Positions 48,998-58,906 of a stretch of DNA of 64,000 nt are shown here, in pieces; within the stretch, counting starts at the first letter, position 1, and every line of letters starts with the position of its first letter. The position numbers and the translations under genes are program-made. The notes under the pieces are model-generated. The model saw only the letters and a program-made list of their open reading frames with translations. It was not told the origin of the DNA and made no database searches. The stretch is from an uncultured Fibrobacteria bacterium (GTDB lineage: Bacteria > Fibrobacterota > Fibrobacteria > UBA11236), in assembly GCA_963716395.1 (NCBI GenBank), contig OY970309.1, forward strand, positions 192,001 through 256,000. The letters are read 5' to 3'.

Positions 48998-49643
48998 GTT
49001 CTCCCAGCAGCTTGATTTCGTTGCGGTACAGCAGCACCTTGCCGTCGCGCTCCAGTTTTTTCAACAAGCGCGAGATTACCACGCGCGCCGTGGCCAGCTC
49101 CTGCGCGATCTGCTCATGCGACAGGCGGATGAGGCTCGATCCCGAGGCCCGGGATTTTTCGCGCAAAAAGGCGGCTAGGCGCTGATCGAGGTTCTGAAAG
49201 GCGATGAGGTCGATGGTCTTGAGCAATTCGTTGAAGCGGTTGCGAATGGTTTGCATGACGAAGCTTTTCCACGTGGGGTACCTCGCCAGCCACTCGTCCA
49301 TCACCGCATTGGGCATGGCCAGCATTTCGACGTCTTCTTCGGCCACGGCCCGAATCTCGCTGACCTGATCCTGCATGCAGCAGGTGAACGTCATGGCGCA
49401 GCTTTCGTCGGGATTGACGTAATACAGAAACAATTCGCGCCCATCTTCTTCCAGCCGCGAAACCTTAACCAGCCCCGAAAGAATAAGCGGCATCTGCGTG
49501 ATGGGCTGCCCCATGTCGAGAATGGTTTCACCGGCCTGGACACGCAGTCGCCGGGCCTGCGCCAACTCCTCCAGCAGTTTCGGTTCGAATACTGGGCGAA
49601 AATGTTCCCGGATATCCATGCCGGTGAAACTAATTTTGTTCAC
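48993..49643 (-). CDS. Crp/Fnr-family transcriptional regulator
   Basis: DGRELFLY, CAMTFTCC, HTH LSHEQIAQELATARVVISRLLK. Confidence 0.92.
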   Translation of the reverse strand: MNKISFTGMDIREHFRPVFEPKLLEELAQARRLRVQAGETILDMGQPITQMPLILSGLVKVSRLEEDGRELFLYYVNPDESCAMTFTCCMQDQVSEIRAVAEEDVEMLAMPNAVMDEWLARYPTWKSFVMQTIRNRFNELLKTIDLIAFQNLDQRLAAFLREKSRASGSSLIRLSHEQIAQELATARVVISRLLKKLERDGKVLLYRNEIKLLGEL

Positions 49644-49709
49644 AAGGGTCTCCGGTAGCCGAAGGCGATTCTGAGAGGTACCCTTTTAAACGCACCTGAC
49701 CATTCCAGC

Positions 49710-52439
49710 ATGCCGCCGATGCGCCCCCCAGATTCAGACCACCGACCCTCCCTTCCGGCTTCCATGTCTGACCCGCTCTCCTTCCGCACGGAAATCCAGC
49801 AGGAATTGGAAAAATTCATGCGCCGGAGTCAGGAGCCGGTGGGCGAAACGGCGCTGCGCATCGACCTGCACTGCCATGATCACAACAGCGATGTGCCCGA
49901 TGAAACCCTGGCCCGCCTGTTGAAGATGCCGGAGACCTGGCTTTCAACCGAGGGCCTGATCGACACCTTGCGCTCCAACCGCGTCGACGTGCTGACCATC
50001 ACCAACCACAACAACGCGCGCAGTTGCTGGGAGCTATTGGATCGCGGTGTCGATCTGCTTCCCGGCGCTGAGTTCAGTTGCACTTTTCCCGATCTCAAAA
50101 TCGGGGTGCATGTGCTGACCTTCGGCTTCACGCCCGCCCAAGAGGCCACGCTGAACCGCTTGCGCCGCGATGTGTACCGCTTTCTGGAATTCACCTGCGC
50201 GGAAGATCTCCCCACCGTGCTCGCCCATCCTCTGCATTTCTACAGTCCCGGCGGTCCTCCGCCTCCGGCCGCGCTCGATCGCTTCGCCGTACTGTTCGAA
50301 CGCTTCGAAGGCGTGAACGGCCAGCGCGACGCCTGGCAAAATCTCTTGACCTCGACGTGGGTGGCCGGTTTGGGTGAAGAAGAAATCGCCGCCGCGGCCA
50401 AACGTTGCGGCCTCCGACCCGAGGCGTTTTGCCGGCATCCCTACGCCAAACGCATCACCGGAGGGTCGGATTGCCACATGGGCCTGTTCGCCGGCATGAC
50501 GGGCACCCTGTTGTCGGTGCCGGAGGGAATTTCCCCCTCTGCGCGCACGGCGGCGGCGCTGGAGGCGCTGCGCGCGGGCCCGCTGGCGCCCTACGGAACC
50601 CATTTTGAATTTGAAAAACTCAGCGTGGCCTTTCTCGATCTCTTCTGCCAAGCCGCGGGACGGTTGCAGGACCCGGGCCTGATGACCGTGTTCACGGGGC
50701 GCGGGTCGCCGCTGGAAAAGTTAGAGTCCCTGGCCATCGCCAACGGCTTCTATTGGCTGCGCCGCCATCCGGCGGCGGTGCGCTTCCTGGCACTGTTTCA
50801 CCGCGGCCTGCACGGCAAAAAACCCGGATGGATCGCGCGCCGCTTCACGCCGCGGGCTTTCCGTCCGGCGCTCCGGCAACTCGAAGCCCTGGCCGCGGCG
50901 CGCGCGGAGTCTTCGCAACGGCTGGTTGCCGCCTTACCCGAAGCCCTGTCGAACTTGTCGAATCTCAGCAACACCTGGCTGGCCCACAGCCTGATCGAAA
51001 AAATCGACCGTTGGGAACGAGCCGCCGGTGCCGAATTCGCGACGACCGAAACGGAAAAGTTACCGCTGAATCTTTGGGATCTCGTCGAGCACCATTTCCG
51101 GGCACCGAAAAAAAGAGCCCCGGGATCCCCAACGGGAGTCAAAGGCGGCGAACCGTTTTTCCCGCTGTTGGCCTCGACGGCGGTGGCCGGCGTCACCTTG
51201 GCCGCCGCCAAGACTCTCTATGCCAAGCGCGAATTTCTCTCCGGCGTCGCCGAACGCCTGGGAAAGTACCGGCCCCCCCGACGCCTTTTGTGGCTCACTG
51301 ATTCCCTCGAAGACCGGAACGGCGTCTCCTATGTCCTGCGTTCCTGGCTGCAAGCCGTACGCCGAAAAAATCTGCCCATCGATTTTCTCACCACCGGAAC
51401 AGCGCGGCGCGAAGACCATCTGCACGTGCTGCCGGCCTTGGCGGAATTCAGCCCGGCCATTTACCGCGACCAGGTTTTTCGCCTGCCGGGATTCCTCGAC
51501 GTGCACAACGCCTTTCTCGCCGGCGGCTACGATCGCGTGATCTGTTCCACCGAAGCGCCCATGGGCCTGTACGCCTTGTACCTCAAGCAAGCGTTTTCGG
51601 TTCCCGCTTATTTTTACGTCCACAGCGATTGGCAGGATTTCGCCCATCGGGCCTTGCGCTTCGATGAGAACCGGCAGGATTGGCTGCGGCGCGGCCTGAG
51701 CCGCCTGTACGGCGAATTCGACGGCGTGTTTGTCTTGAACAGCGAACAGCGCGAAATTTTTTCTTCGCCGGTAATGGGCATCGATCCGGATAAAATTTTC
51801 CAGACCTCACATTGGGCCGACGCCGCCTTTTACCCGCGCCGGGTGGCGGCGGCCTCGGTTTTTCCGGGTGCACGCGCCGGCGAACCCGTGCTGCTGTATG
51901 CGGGGCGGCTGAGTCCGGAAAAAGGCGTGCTGGAATTGCCGGCCATTTTCCGGGCCGTGCAGGCGCATTGCCCTGAAGTCCGTCTGGCTTTGGCGGGCAC
52001 CGGCCCGAGCGAAGCGGAATTGCGCCGACAATTGCCCGAAGGGATTTTTCTCGGATGGCTGTCGGCCGAACGTTTGGCCGAAGCGTATTCCGCCGCAACC
52101 TTGTTGGTGTTGCCGTCTTGGTTCGACACGTTCTCCTGCACCTTGTTGGAAGCCATGAGCTGCGGGCTGCCCGCCGTAGCCTATCGCACCAAAGGGCCGC
52201 GCGATCTTCTCGCCGGAGAACGCGGCGGATTGTTGGCCGACGGGCCGGTGGAAATGGCCGAGCTGGCCGCCAGCTTGCTCGCGGCGCCGGCCCGGCGCGC
52301 CCTTTTGGTCCAAAAAGCTCTGGAGCGCGCCGCCGATTTTCAATCCGACACCATTATCGCCGGGTGCTTGCAAGCCTTGGGGTTGTCGGAGCCTGCGCCG
52401 GCGAGGCAGCTCAACCCCCTTTCACTGCACGCCGCCTGA
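49710..52439 (+). CDS. PHP-domain plus GT4 glycosyltransferase fusion
   Basis: IDLHCH, TITNHN, LAHP, GGSDCH; C-terminal GRLSPEKG, DTFSCTLLEAMSCGLP. Confidence 0.85.
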   Translation: MPPMRPPDSDHRPSLPASMSDPLSFRTEIQQELEKFMRRSQEPVGETALRIDLHCHDHNSDVPDETLARLLKMPETWLSTEGLIDTLRSNRVDVLTITNHNNARSCWELLDRGVDLLPGAEFSCTFPDLKIGVHVLTFGFTPAQEATLNRLRRDVYRFLEFTCAEDLPTVLAHPLHFYSPGGPPPPAALDRFAVLFERFEGVNGQRDAWQNLLTSTWVAGLGEEEIAAAAKRCGLRPEAFCRHPYAKRITGGSDCHMGLFAGMTGTLLSVPEGISPSARTAAALEALRAGPLAPYGTHFEFEKLSVAFLDLFCQAAGRLQDPGLMTVFTGRGSPLEKLESLAIANGFYWLRRHPAAVRFLALFHRGLHGKKPGWIARRFTPRAFRPALRQLEALAAARAESSQRLVAALPEALSNLSNLSNTWLAHSLIEKIDRWERAAGAEFATTETEKLPLNLWDLVEHHFRAPKKRAPGSPTGVKGGEPFFPLLASTAVAGVTLAAAKTLYAKREFLSGVAERLGKYRPPRRLLWLTDSLEDRNGVSYVLRSWLQAVRRKNLPIDFLTTGTARREDHLHVLPALAEFSPAIYRDQVFRLPGFLDVHNAFLAGGYDRVICSTEAPMGLYALYLKQAFSVPAYFYVHSDWQDFAHRALRFDENRQDWLRRGLSRLYGEFDGVFVLNSEQREIFSSPVMGIDPDKIFQTSHWADAAFYPRRVAAASVFPGARAGEPVLLYAGRLSPEKGVLELPAIFRAVQAHCPEVRLALAGTGPSEAELRRQLPEGIFLGWLSAERLAEAYSAATLLVLPSWFDTFSCTLLEAMSCGLPAVAYRTKGPRDLLAGERGGLLADGPVEMAELAASLLAAPARRALLVQKALERAADFQSDTIIAGCLQALGLSEPAPARQLNPLSLHAA

Positions 52440-52597
52440 ACGCCCCGAATTGTCTTGTCGTTTGAGCCAAGCGTTGTAACAACAATTCCAAACATTTTTT
52501 TTCACTAACACAGCAAACAGCGGCCACTTTCATCCGCCGCGTTTGCTTTCCGCTTGCTGGAAGCGTGTGAAGGGACGATTCCGCCCAAAACACTCTC

Positions 52598-52613
52598 TGG
52601 CACATCGCTTGCA
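52598..52613 (+). promoter_or_regulatory. Sigma54 (-24/-12) promoter of the nitrite assimilation operon
   Basis: TGGCAC-ATCGC-TTGCA is a perfect match to TGGCAC-N5-TTGC. Confidence 0.85.
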
Positions 52614-52751
52614 TCTTGTCTGGGGAATAGCCAACCCACACCGGTCCGTCCGGTCTTTTGGCCAAGCTCCGGGGTGAAACCCGGCTCGGCTCTGGTTTGC
52701 TTGGCTTGCCGCCGTGTCGGGTTTCTTCCGGATTCAACCAGGGAGAAACCG

Positions 52752-53609
52752 ATGGATTACGTCAAACCGAATCAAGTCTTGAAAACCATGATCGAGGCCG
52801 GCTCGGAAAAAGCCGTTCTGCCCATCCGCGATTTGCTGATCAAAGGAGCTTTATCCGGCGCCTTGCTGGGCTTTGCCACCAGCCTGGCGCTTACGGCCAC
52901 GGCGCAAACCAAAATTCCCATGGTCGGCGCCATCATCTTTCCGGTGGGATTCGTGCTCATCGTCTTGCTCGGATTCGAATTGGTCACGGGCAATTTTGCC
53001 TTGTTGCCGCTGGCGTTGAAAGAACGCCGCATCTCCCTGGGCACCCTGCTGTCGGCCTGGGGCTGGGTGTTCCTGGGCAACCTGATCGGCAGTTTGGTGT
53101 ACGCCGGCCTGTTCGACGTGACCTTGACCATGGCGGGCTCCACACCCGCAGGCGGCATCGGTCCCACCTTGATCGCCATCGCCGAAGCCAAAACCACGGG
53201 TTACGCGGCGCACGGCTTCGCGGGCCTGGTGACGGTGTTCGTCAAGGCCATACTGTGCAACTGGATGGTATGCCTGGGCGTGGTGGCCGGCATCACTTCG
53301 TCGTCGACTCTCGGCAAAATCGCGGCGGCCTGGCTGCCCATTCTCATCTTCTTCGGCCAGGGCTTCGAGCATTCGGTGGTCAACATGTTCGTGATTCCCG
53401 CCGGCATGCTGCTGGGGGCGAAGGTCAGCATGGGCGATTGGTGGTTATGGAACCAGATTCCCGTGACCTTGGGCAACATCCTGGGCGGCGCGCTGTTCAC
53501 CGGCTTTGCCCTCTACTTCGCCTACAAGCCCAAGACGGCCAAAGCGTCGGCAGCCGGAACCGCGCCCGAAACCGCCGTGGAACCGGCCCTGGAACCCGCT
53601 TCGGTGTGA
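52752..53609 (+). CDS. Formate/nitrite transporter family channel (probable nitrite uptake)
   Basis: FPVGF, ELVTGNF, LGNLIG, CNWMVC, FEHSVVNM, GNILGG. Confidence 0.92.
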   Translation: MDYVKPNQVLKTMIEAGSEKAVLPIRDLLIKGALSGALLGFATSLALTATAQTKIPMVGAIIFPVGFVLIVLLGFELVTGNFALLPLALKERRISLGTLLSAWGWVFLGNLIGSLVYAGLFDVTLTMAGSTPAGGIGPTLIAIAEAKTTGYAAHGFAGLVTVFVKAILCNWMVCLGVVAGITSSSTLGKIAAAWLPILIFFGQGFEHSVVNMFVIPAGMLLGAKVSMGDWWLWNQIPVTLGNILGGALFTGFALYFAYKPKTAKASAAGTAPETAVEPALEPASV

Positions 53610-53610
53610 A

Positions 53611-55416
53611 ATGGAAAGTAACGCGCAGATGACGGCCGAATCCGGGGTCGAAGCCGGCTTCACCCCCGAGCAGAAGGAATATCTGGCCGGCTATTTCGCC
53701 GGACTGGGCGCGCGTTTCGGCGCGGCCCGGCCTTTCGCGGCCCCGGACGCCGGCGGCCCTATGGCGCCGGCCAACGCGGCTTTGACCGGGGCGGTCACGG
53801 CCGCACCCGCACCGGCCGAAGAGCCCACCTATTTCGGGTTTCCGGTTTCGGAACTCTGCAAAGAGGAGAAGCTCAAATACGAGGAAAACCCGCTCGACCT
53901 GTGGGAAAAATTCTCCGCGCACGCCGCCGCCGACCGTTTTCCGCAAGGCGGCGATGTGTTCCGCTTCAAATTCCACGGGTTGTTCTATGTGGCCCCGAAT
54001 CAGGATGCGTTCATGCTGCGCCTGCGCGTTCCCGCCGGCGAACTGAACGGCCATCAACTCCGCGGTCTGGCCGATCTGGCGCGCACCTACGGCCTGGGTA
54101 ACGCCGATGTGACTACGCGCGCCAATCTCCAGATCCGCGGCATCCCGGCGCGCGGCATTGTCAACGTGCTGACGGCCTTGGCCGATTTGGGGCTGACCTC
54201 GCGCGGTGCGGGCGCCGACAACGTGCGCAACATCACGGCCACGCCCACTTCGGGATTCGACAGCGACGAACTCTTCGACGTGCGCCCCCTGGCGCGCGGG
54301 CTGCACCATTACCTTCTCAACCACCGCGATCTGTTCGGCCTGCCGCGCAAGTTCAACGTCGGCTTCGACAGCGGCGGCTCGGTGAGCATGGTCGGCGACA
54401 CCAACGACATCGCCTTGGTGGCGTGCCGGCCGGTCGAAGGCGGGCCGCTGGAAGACGGGGTGTATTTTCGCGTGCTCCTGGCCGGCATTACCGGGCACAA
54501 GCAGTTCGCGTTCGACGCCGGGCTGGCGCTCAAACCCGACGAATGCGTGTCCGCGGCCGCGGCCATGGTGCGCGTGTTCCAGGAAAACGGCAATCGCACC
54601 GACCGCAAAAAAGCCCGCTTGAAATACCTCATCGACCAATGGGGCGTGGAAAAATTCCTGGCCGAAACCGAAAAAAAACTGTCCTTCCCGCTGCGCCGCG
54701 CCGCGCCCGAAACCTGCAAGCCCCGGCGGCCGATCCGGCGCCACGGCCATCTGGGCGTGTACCGGCAAAAGCAACCCGGGCTCAATTATCTCGGCGTCGC
54801 CTTGCCCGTGGGACGCCTGACGCATGTGCAAATGCGCCGCCTGGCCGATGTGGCTTCGGCTTACGGCGGCGTGCGCCTGACGGTGTGGCAAAACCTGCTC
54901 TTGCCCGACGTGCCCGACGCCGACGTCGAGAAGGTGAAACGCGAGCTGATCGGCATGGGCCTCCATTACGAAGCGGCTGCGGTGAGCGGCGGCCTCGTCG
55001 CCTGCACCGGCAATGCCGGCTGCCGGTTCTCGTCCACCGACACCAAAGGCCAGGCCCTGGCGCTGGCGCGCCATCTCGAAAGCCGCGTGCGCCTCGACTT
55101 TCCCGTCAACATCCATTTGACGGGTTGTCCGCATTCCTGCGCGCAGCATTACATCGGCGATATCGGCCTGCTCGGCACCAAGGTCACGCAGCAAGGCGTC
55201 AGCACCGAAGCCTACCACGTCTATCTCGGCGGCGGCGGCGACCAGGATCGCGGTTTGGGCCGCGAGGTTTTCCACGGCATTCCCTTTTCCCAAATCCCCG
55301 AACTGCTGGAAAAAATCCTGAACACGTATTTGGCCCGCCGCCGCGACGGCGAAGCCTTCGTGGATTTTTCCCGGCGGCACGAGGTCAAGCAATTGCAGGA
55401 ACTTTTCTCGCATTGA
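53611..55416 (+). CDS. nirA: NirA-type siroheme nitrite reductase
   Basis: TTRANLQIR, GADNVRN, LPRKFN, CTGNAGC, GCPHSC. Confidence 0.9.
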   Translation: MESNAQMTAESGVEAGFTPEQKEYLAGYFAGLGARFGAARPFAAPDAGGPMAPANAALTGAVTAAPAPAEEPTYFGFPVSELCKEEKLKYEENPLDLWEKFSAHAAADRFPQGGDVFRFKFHGLFYVAPNQDAFMLRLRVPAGELNGHQLRGLADLARTYGLGNADVTTRANLQIRGIPARGIVNVLTALADLGLTSRGAGADNVRNITATPTSGFDSDELFDVRPLARGLHHYLLNHRDLFGLPRKFNVGFDSGGSVSMVGDTNDIALVACRPVEGGPLEDGVYFRVLLAGITGHKQFAFDAGLALKPDECVSAAAAMVRVFQENGNRTDRKKARLKYLIDQWGVEKFLAETEKKLSFPLRRAAPETCKPRRPIRRHGHLGVYRQKQPGLNYLGVALPVGRLTHVQMRRLADVASAYGGVRLTVWQNLLLPDVPDADVEKVKRELIGMGLHYEAAAVSGGLVACTGNAGCRFSSTDTKGQALALARHLESRVRLDFPVNIHLTGCPHSCAQHYIGDIGLLGTKVTQQGVSTEAYHVYLGGGGDQDRGLGREVFHGIPFSQIPELLEKILNTYLARRRDGEAFVDFSRRHEVKQLQELFSH

Positions 55417-55421
55417 CCCCC

Positions 55422-57203
55422 ATGCCGGACCACGCCGCCCCCATTCCCTGCATTCCGCCCGAGGCGCCGTTTTCCGCGCCGCAACGGGCCTGGCTCAACG
55501 GCTTTTTGGCCGGCCTGTTTTCCAGCGCCCCCGCCGCGCACACCGCGGCAACGCCGGCTGGCCGCGAACGCGTCACCGTGATTTTCGGATCGCAATCGGG
55601 CAACGCGGAAAAGCTGGCCTACGGTTTCGCCAAATCCCTGAAGCAGGCCGGGTTCGAAGCCTCGGTGGCGGGCATGGAGAAATACGCCTGCGCCGCCCTG
55701 ACCCAAGAGAAGGTTTTGCTCGTGGTCACCAGCACCCATGGCGAGGGCGATCCGCCCGACAATGCCCAGGCCCTGCACCGCGAATTGCACGCCGCCGAAG
55801 ACCTGCGCCTCGACGGGTTGCGCTATGCCGTGTTGGCTTTGGGCGATCGCAATTACGAAAAGTTCTGCCAATGCGGCGTCGACTTCGACCAACGGTTGGA
55901 ACAACTCGGCGCCCGGCGCCTGTGCCCGCGCATCGACGCCGATGTCGATTACGAAGAGCCGGCGGCGCGCTGGCAAGCGGCGGTGCTGGCGGCGTTGCAG
56001 TCTTCGCCTTCGCCCAATGGGTCATCTGCCGGGGACGTCTCCGTCACGCTACCTGCGGCCCAACCGGCGGCAACCGCAGCCCGCCCGCATACTCCCGTGG
56101 CCGCGACGGCGCGTCTCGTGGAATGCCGCAACCTGCACACCGGCGCTTCGGAAAAAGAAACGCGGCATGTGGCCTTCACCTTTGAGGGCGAAGCGCTGCC
56201 CTACACGCCCGGCGACGCCTTGGAAATCGCTCCGGAAAATTGCCCCGAACTGGTGGAACTGGCCTTGCAGGCCTCCGGATTTCCGGGTGACGCGCCCGTA
56301 ACGGTACCCCGCGTCGGCACGATGAAATTGCGCGAGGCCCTGTCGCGGCATTGCCAGGTGTCGAAGGTTACGACGGCCATGGTCAAGACCTGGGCCGAAA
56401 AAACCGCTGCGCCATCACTGCGGCATCTCTGCGATCCGGCCCGCACGGCCGACCTCCAGAACTTTCTGCGCGGCCGCGACGTAGTGGATTTGCTGGCGGA
56501 TCATCGCGGCGCGTTGCGGCAGCCGCAGGAGTTGGTCGATCTTTTGCCCCGGCTGGCACCGCGCCTGTATTCCATCGCTTCGAGCCCCAAAGCCCATCCC
56601 GGCGAGGTGCATCTCACGGTGGGTGTCGTCCGCTACCACGCCCATGGCCGCCTGCGCAAAGGGGTTTGCTCCACCTTTCTGGCGGAGCGCGTGGCGCCGG
56701 GAACATCGCTGGCGGTGCGGGTGCACGTCAACACGCGCTTCCGGCTTCCGGCCGACGCTTCCGCGCCCCTCATTCTCATCGGGCCGGGCACGGGCATCGC
56801 GCCGTTCCGCGCTTTTTTGGAAGAGCGCCAGGCCCTGGGCGCTTCCGGCAAGAACTGGCTTTTCTTCGGTAACCCGTATGTTGCTTCCGATTTCCTGTAC
56901 CGCGACGAACTTGCGGCCTGGAAACAAAGCGGGCTTCTGACCCGGCTCGATACGGCCTTCTCGCGCGATCAAAGCGAAAAGATCTATGTGCAGCATCGCC
57001 TGTGCGAGCACGGCGCCCTATTGTGGAGCTGGCTGCAGGACGGGGCGCATGTTTACGTCTGCGGCGATGCCGCGCGCATGGCCAAAGACGTGGAAGCGGC
57101 GCTGCTCGACCTGATCGCGCAGGAACTTCAAAGCCCCGAAGCCGCGCGGCAGCATCTCGAAACCCTGCGGCAAAACGGCCGCTACCAACGCGACGTGTAT
57201 TAG
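55422..57203 (+). CDS. Diflavin (FMN/FAD) NADPH reductase, CysJ-like flavoprotein
   Basis: GSQSGNAE, TSTHGEGDPPDN, RLYSIASS, GPGTGIAPFR, VCGDA, RYQRDVY. Confidence 0.92.
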   Translation: MPDHAAPIPCIPPEAPFSAPQRAWLNGFLAGLFSSAPAAHTAATPAGRERVTVIFGSQSGNAEKLAYGFAKSLKQAGFEASVAGMEKYACAALTQEKVLLVVTSTHGEGDPPDNAQALHRELHAAEDLRLDGLRYAVLALGDRNYEKFCQCGVDFDQRLEQLGARRLCPRIDADVDYEEPAARWQAAVLAALQSSPSPNGSSAGDVSVTLPAAQPAATAARPHTPVAATARLVECRNLHTGASEKETRHVAFTFEGEALPYTPGDALEIAPENCPELVELALQASGFPGDAPVTVPRVGTMKLREALSRHCQVSKVTTAMVKTWAEKTAAPSLRHLCDPARTADLQNFLRGRDVVDLLADHRGALRQPQELVDLLPRLAPRLYSIASSPKAHPGEVHLTVGVVRYHAHGRLRKGVCSTFLAERVAPGTSLAVRVHVNTRFRLPADASAPLILIGPGTGIAPFRAFLEERQALGASGKNWLFFGNPYVASDFLYRDELAAWKQSGLLTRLDTAFSRDQSEKIYVQHRLCEHGALLWSWLQDGAHVYVCGDAARMAKDVEAALLDLIAQELQSPEAARQHLETLRQNGRYQRDVY

Positions 57204-57234
57204 CGGTGGCGCCCCGACAAACCCGGACCGTAAC

Positions 57235-58371
57235 TTGCGAGATACTTTGCGCATCGGTTTCATCCCCCTGGCGGATTGCGCCCCCCTGGTGGTCGCGCAG
57301 GAACAGGGTTTTTTCGCCCGTCATGGGTTGAAGGTGGAGCTGTGCAAGGCGCAATCGTGGGATCAAATTCTCGACCGCCTGGTCTCGGGCCAGTTGGATG
57401 CCGCGCATCTGCTGCTCACGTTGCCGCTGCAATGGGCGCTGACAGCGGCGGGCCGGGTCAGTCCCGTGGTGTATGCCGTGGCGCTCAGCCAGCATGGCAA
57501 TGCCATCACGCTTTCCAACGCGCTGTGGCGCGCGGGCGTGCGCGACGCCGCCACCCTCAAAGCCCATCTGGCCGCGCGCGGCTCGGGCCGCCCGCTCAAG
57601 CTGGCCGTGGTGCATCCCCGCAGCACGCATGAATATCTGCTGCGTCTGTGGCTGGAGCGAGGCGGATTACAGCCGGGGCGCGACGTGCAGTTCGCCTATG
57701 GGGCGCCGCCGGCCATGGTGCACCAGTTGCGCAGCGGCGACATCGACGGCTATTGCGTGGGCGAACCCTGGAACCAGCGGGCGGTGACATCGAAGCTGGG
57801 CTACATCGTGGCCACCAGTTGCGACGTATTGCCCCCCATGAACGAAAAAGTGCTGGCCGTGCGCGCGGGGTGGCATCGCCGCCACCCCGAAACCCATGCC
57901 GCCTTGATCCGGGCCGTGCTCGCCGCGGCGGATTGGCTGGCCGCGCCGCAGCATCTGGAGCGCGCGGCGGATCTCACCGCGGGCAAGCACTATGTGAATA
58001 CTCCGCGCGCCGCGCTGCGGGCGGCCTTTTTCGGCGTGCTTGAAGCCGGCGGGGGCCGCCTGCTCCGGCCCGAAGGATTTTTGCGCTTTGGCGGGCCCGG
58101 GGCCAATTATCCCGATCTCAACCACGCCCGCTTTTATCTGGAGCAGATGTGGCGGGCCGGCCACATTCTTCCCGAAGAGGCGCAGGCGCTCGACCTGGAG
58201 TCGATTTGCCTGCATGAATTTTATCGGCAACGTCTGGACGACGCGGGCTCCGCGGAATCCGCGCAGATACCGGAAACTTCCGAAATACCCTACGGTGATT
58301 TTCTGGCCGGCTTTCCCCGCCCGCGGGATGGGAACGGCGACCGCGCCTTGACGGCGACCGCCTCCGTGTAA
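57235..58371 (+). CDS. CmpA/NrtA-family nitrate/nitrite-binding protein without signal peptide (NasS-like)
   Basis: LRIGFIPLADCAPL at the very N-terminus, LDAAH, GYCVGEPWN, EKVL; no ABC permease adjacent. Confidence 0.85.
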   Translation: MRDTLRIGFIPLADCAPLVVAQEQGFFARHGLKVELCKAQSWDQILDRLVSGQLDAAHLLLTLPLQWALTAAGRVSPVVYAVALSQHGNAITLSNALWRAGVRDAATLKAHLAARGSGRPLKLAVVHPRSTHEYLLRLWLERGGLQPGRDVQFAYGAPPAMVHQLRSGDIDGYCVGEPWNQRAVTSKLGYIVATSCDVLPPMNEKVLAVRAGWHRRHPETHAALIRAVLAAADWLAAPQHLERAADLTAGKHYVNTPRAALRAAFFGVLEAGGGRLLRPEGFLRFGGPGANYPDLNHARFYLEQMWRAGHILPEEAQALDLESICLHEFYRQRLDDAGSAESAQIPETSEIPYGDFLAGFPRPRDGNGDRALTATASV

Positions 58372-58569
58372 GCATCGGATTGGGGCGGGATATCCCTGCG
58401 CCCGGGCGCGGGAGCATTTGGCGTTTGCGTTCAGTGTTTTATATTCCTTGTGTCACGTATGTATTTCAATTACGAACATTAACGAACCTCACCTGACAAC
58501 TTTTACGGAACACGCCATACCACCCCCAGCTTCCCTTGGTTTCAAACGTGTGACGCCTTCCCGGTCGGA

Positions 58570-58585
58570 TGGTACGGCACTTGCT
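58570..58585 (+). promoter_or_regulatory. Sigma54 (-24/-12) promoter
   Basis: TGGTAC-GGCAC-TTGCT, preceded by an AT-rich upstream region. Confidence 0.75.
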
Positions 58586-58906
58586 TTAAAACTTTAAATA
58601 GATGCGTTGTTGTAACCAGACGACGCCCAACTGAGGGTTAACACCTAAGAGACGGTGCGTTCCGGTTTTTCGGAACGGCGTTTTCCCGCGGGTGTTTACG
58701 GCGGCGGTCCGGGTTCTTCCCGGTTTCGCCGTTCCGGTCCGTCCGGGCTTTTGGAACCATTCGCCCCTGCCGGGTGCGAAACGCGGCTCAAAGCCTGGGA
58801 GGATCGCTTGCCTTTCGATCCGTATTCCTTCTCGTGCCCGCCCCGCTCCCCTGCGTGGGTAGCGCCTGCTCCCGGCATTCCGACACCTTCTGCAAGGAGT
58901 TCCCTC

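Noticed and set aside
54423-55421. Apparent 333-aa N-terminal extension of the flavoprotein
   Set aside because: It overlaps nirA out of frame and is Arg/Pro-rich noise. The real start is ATG 55422.
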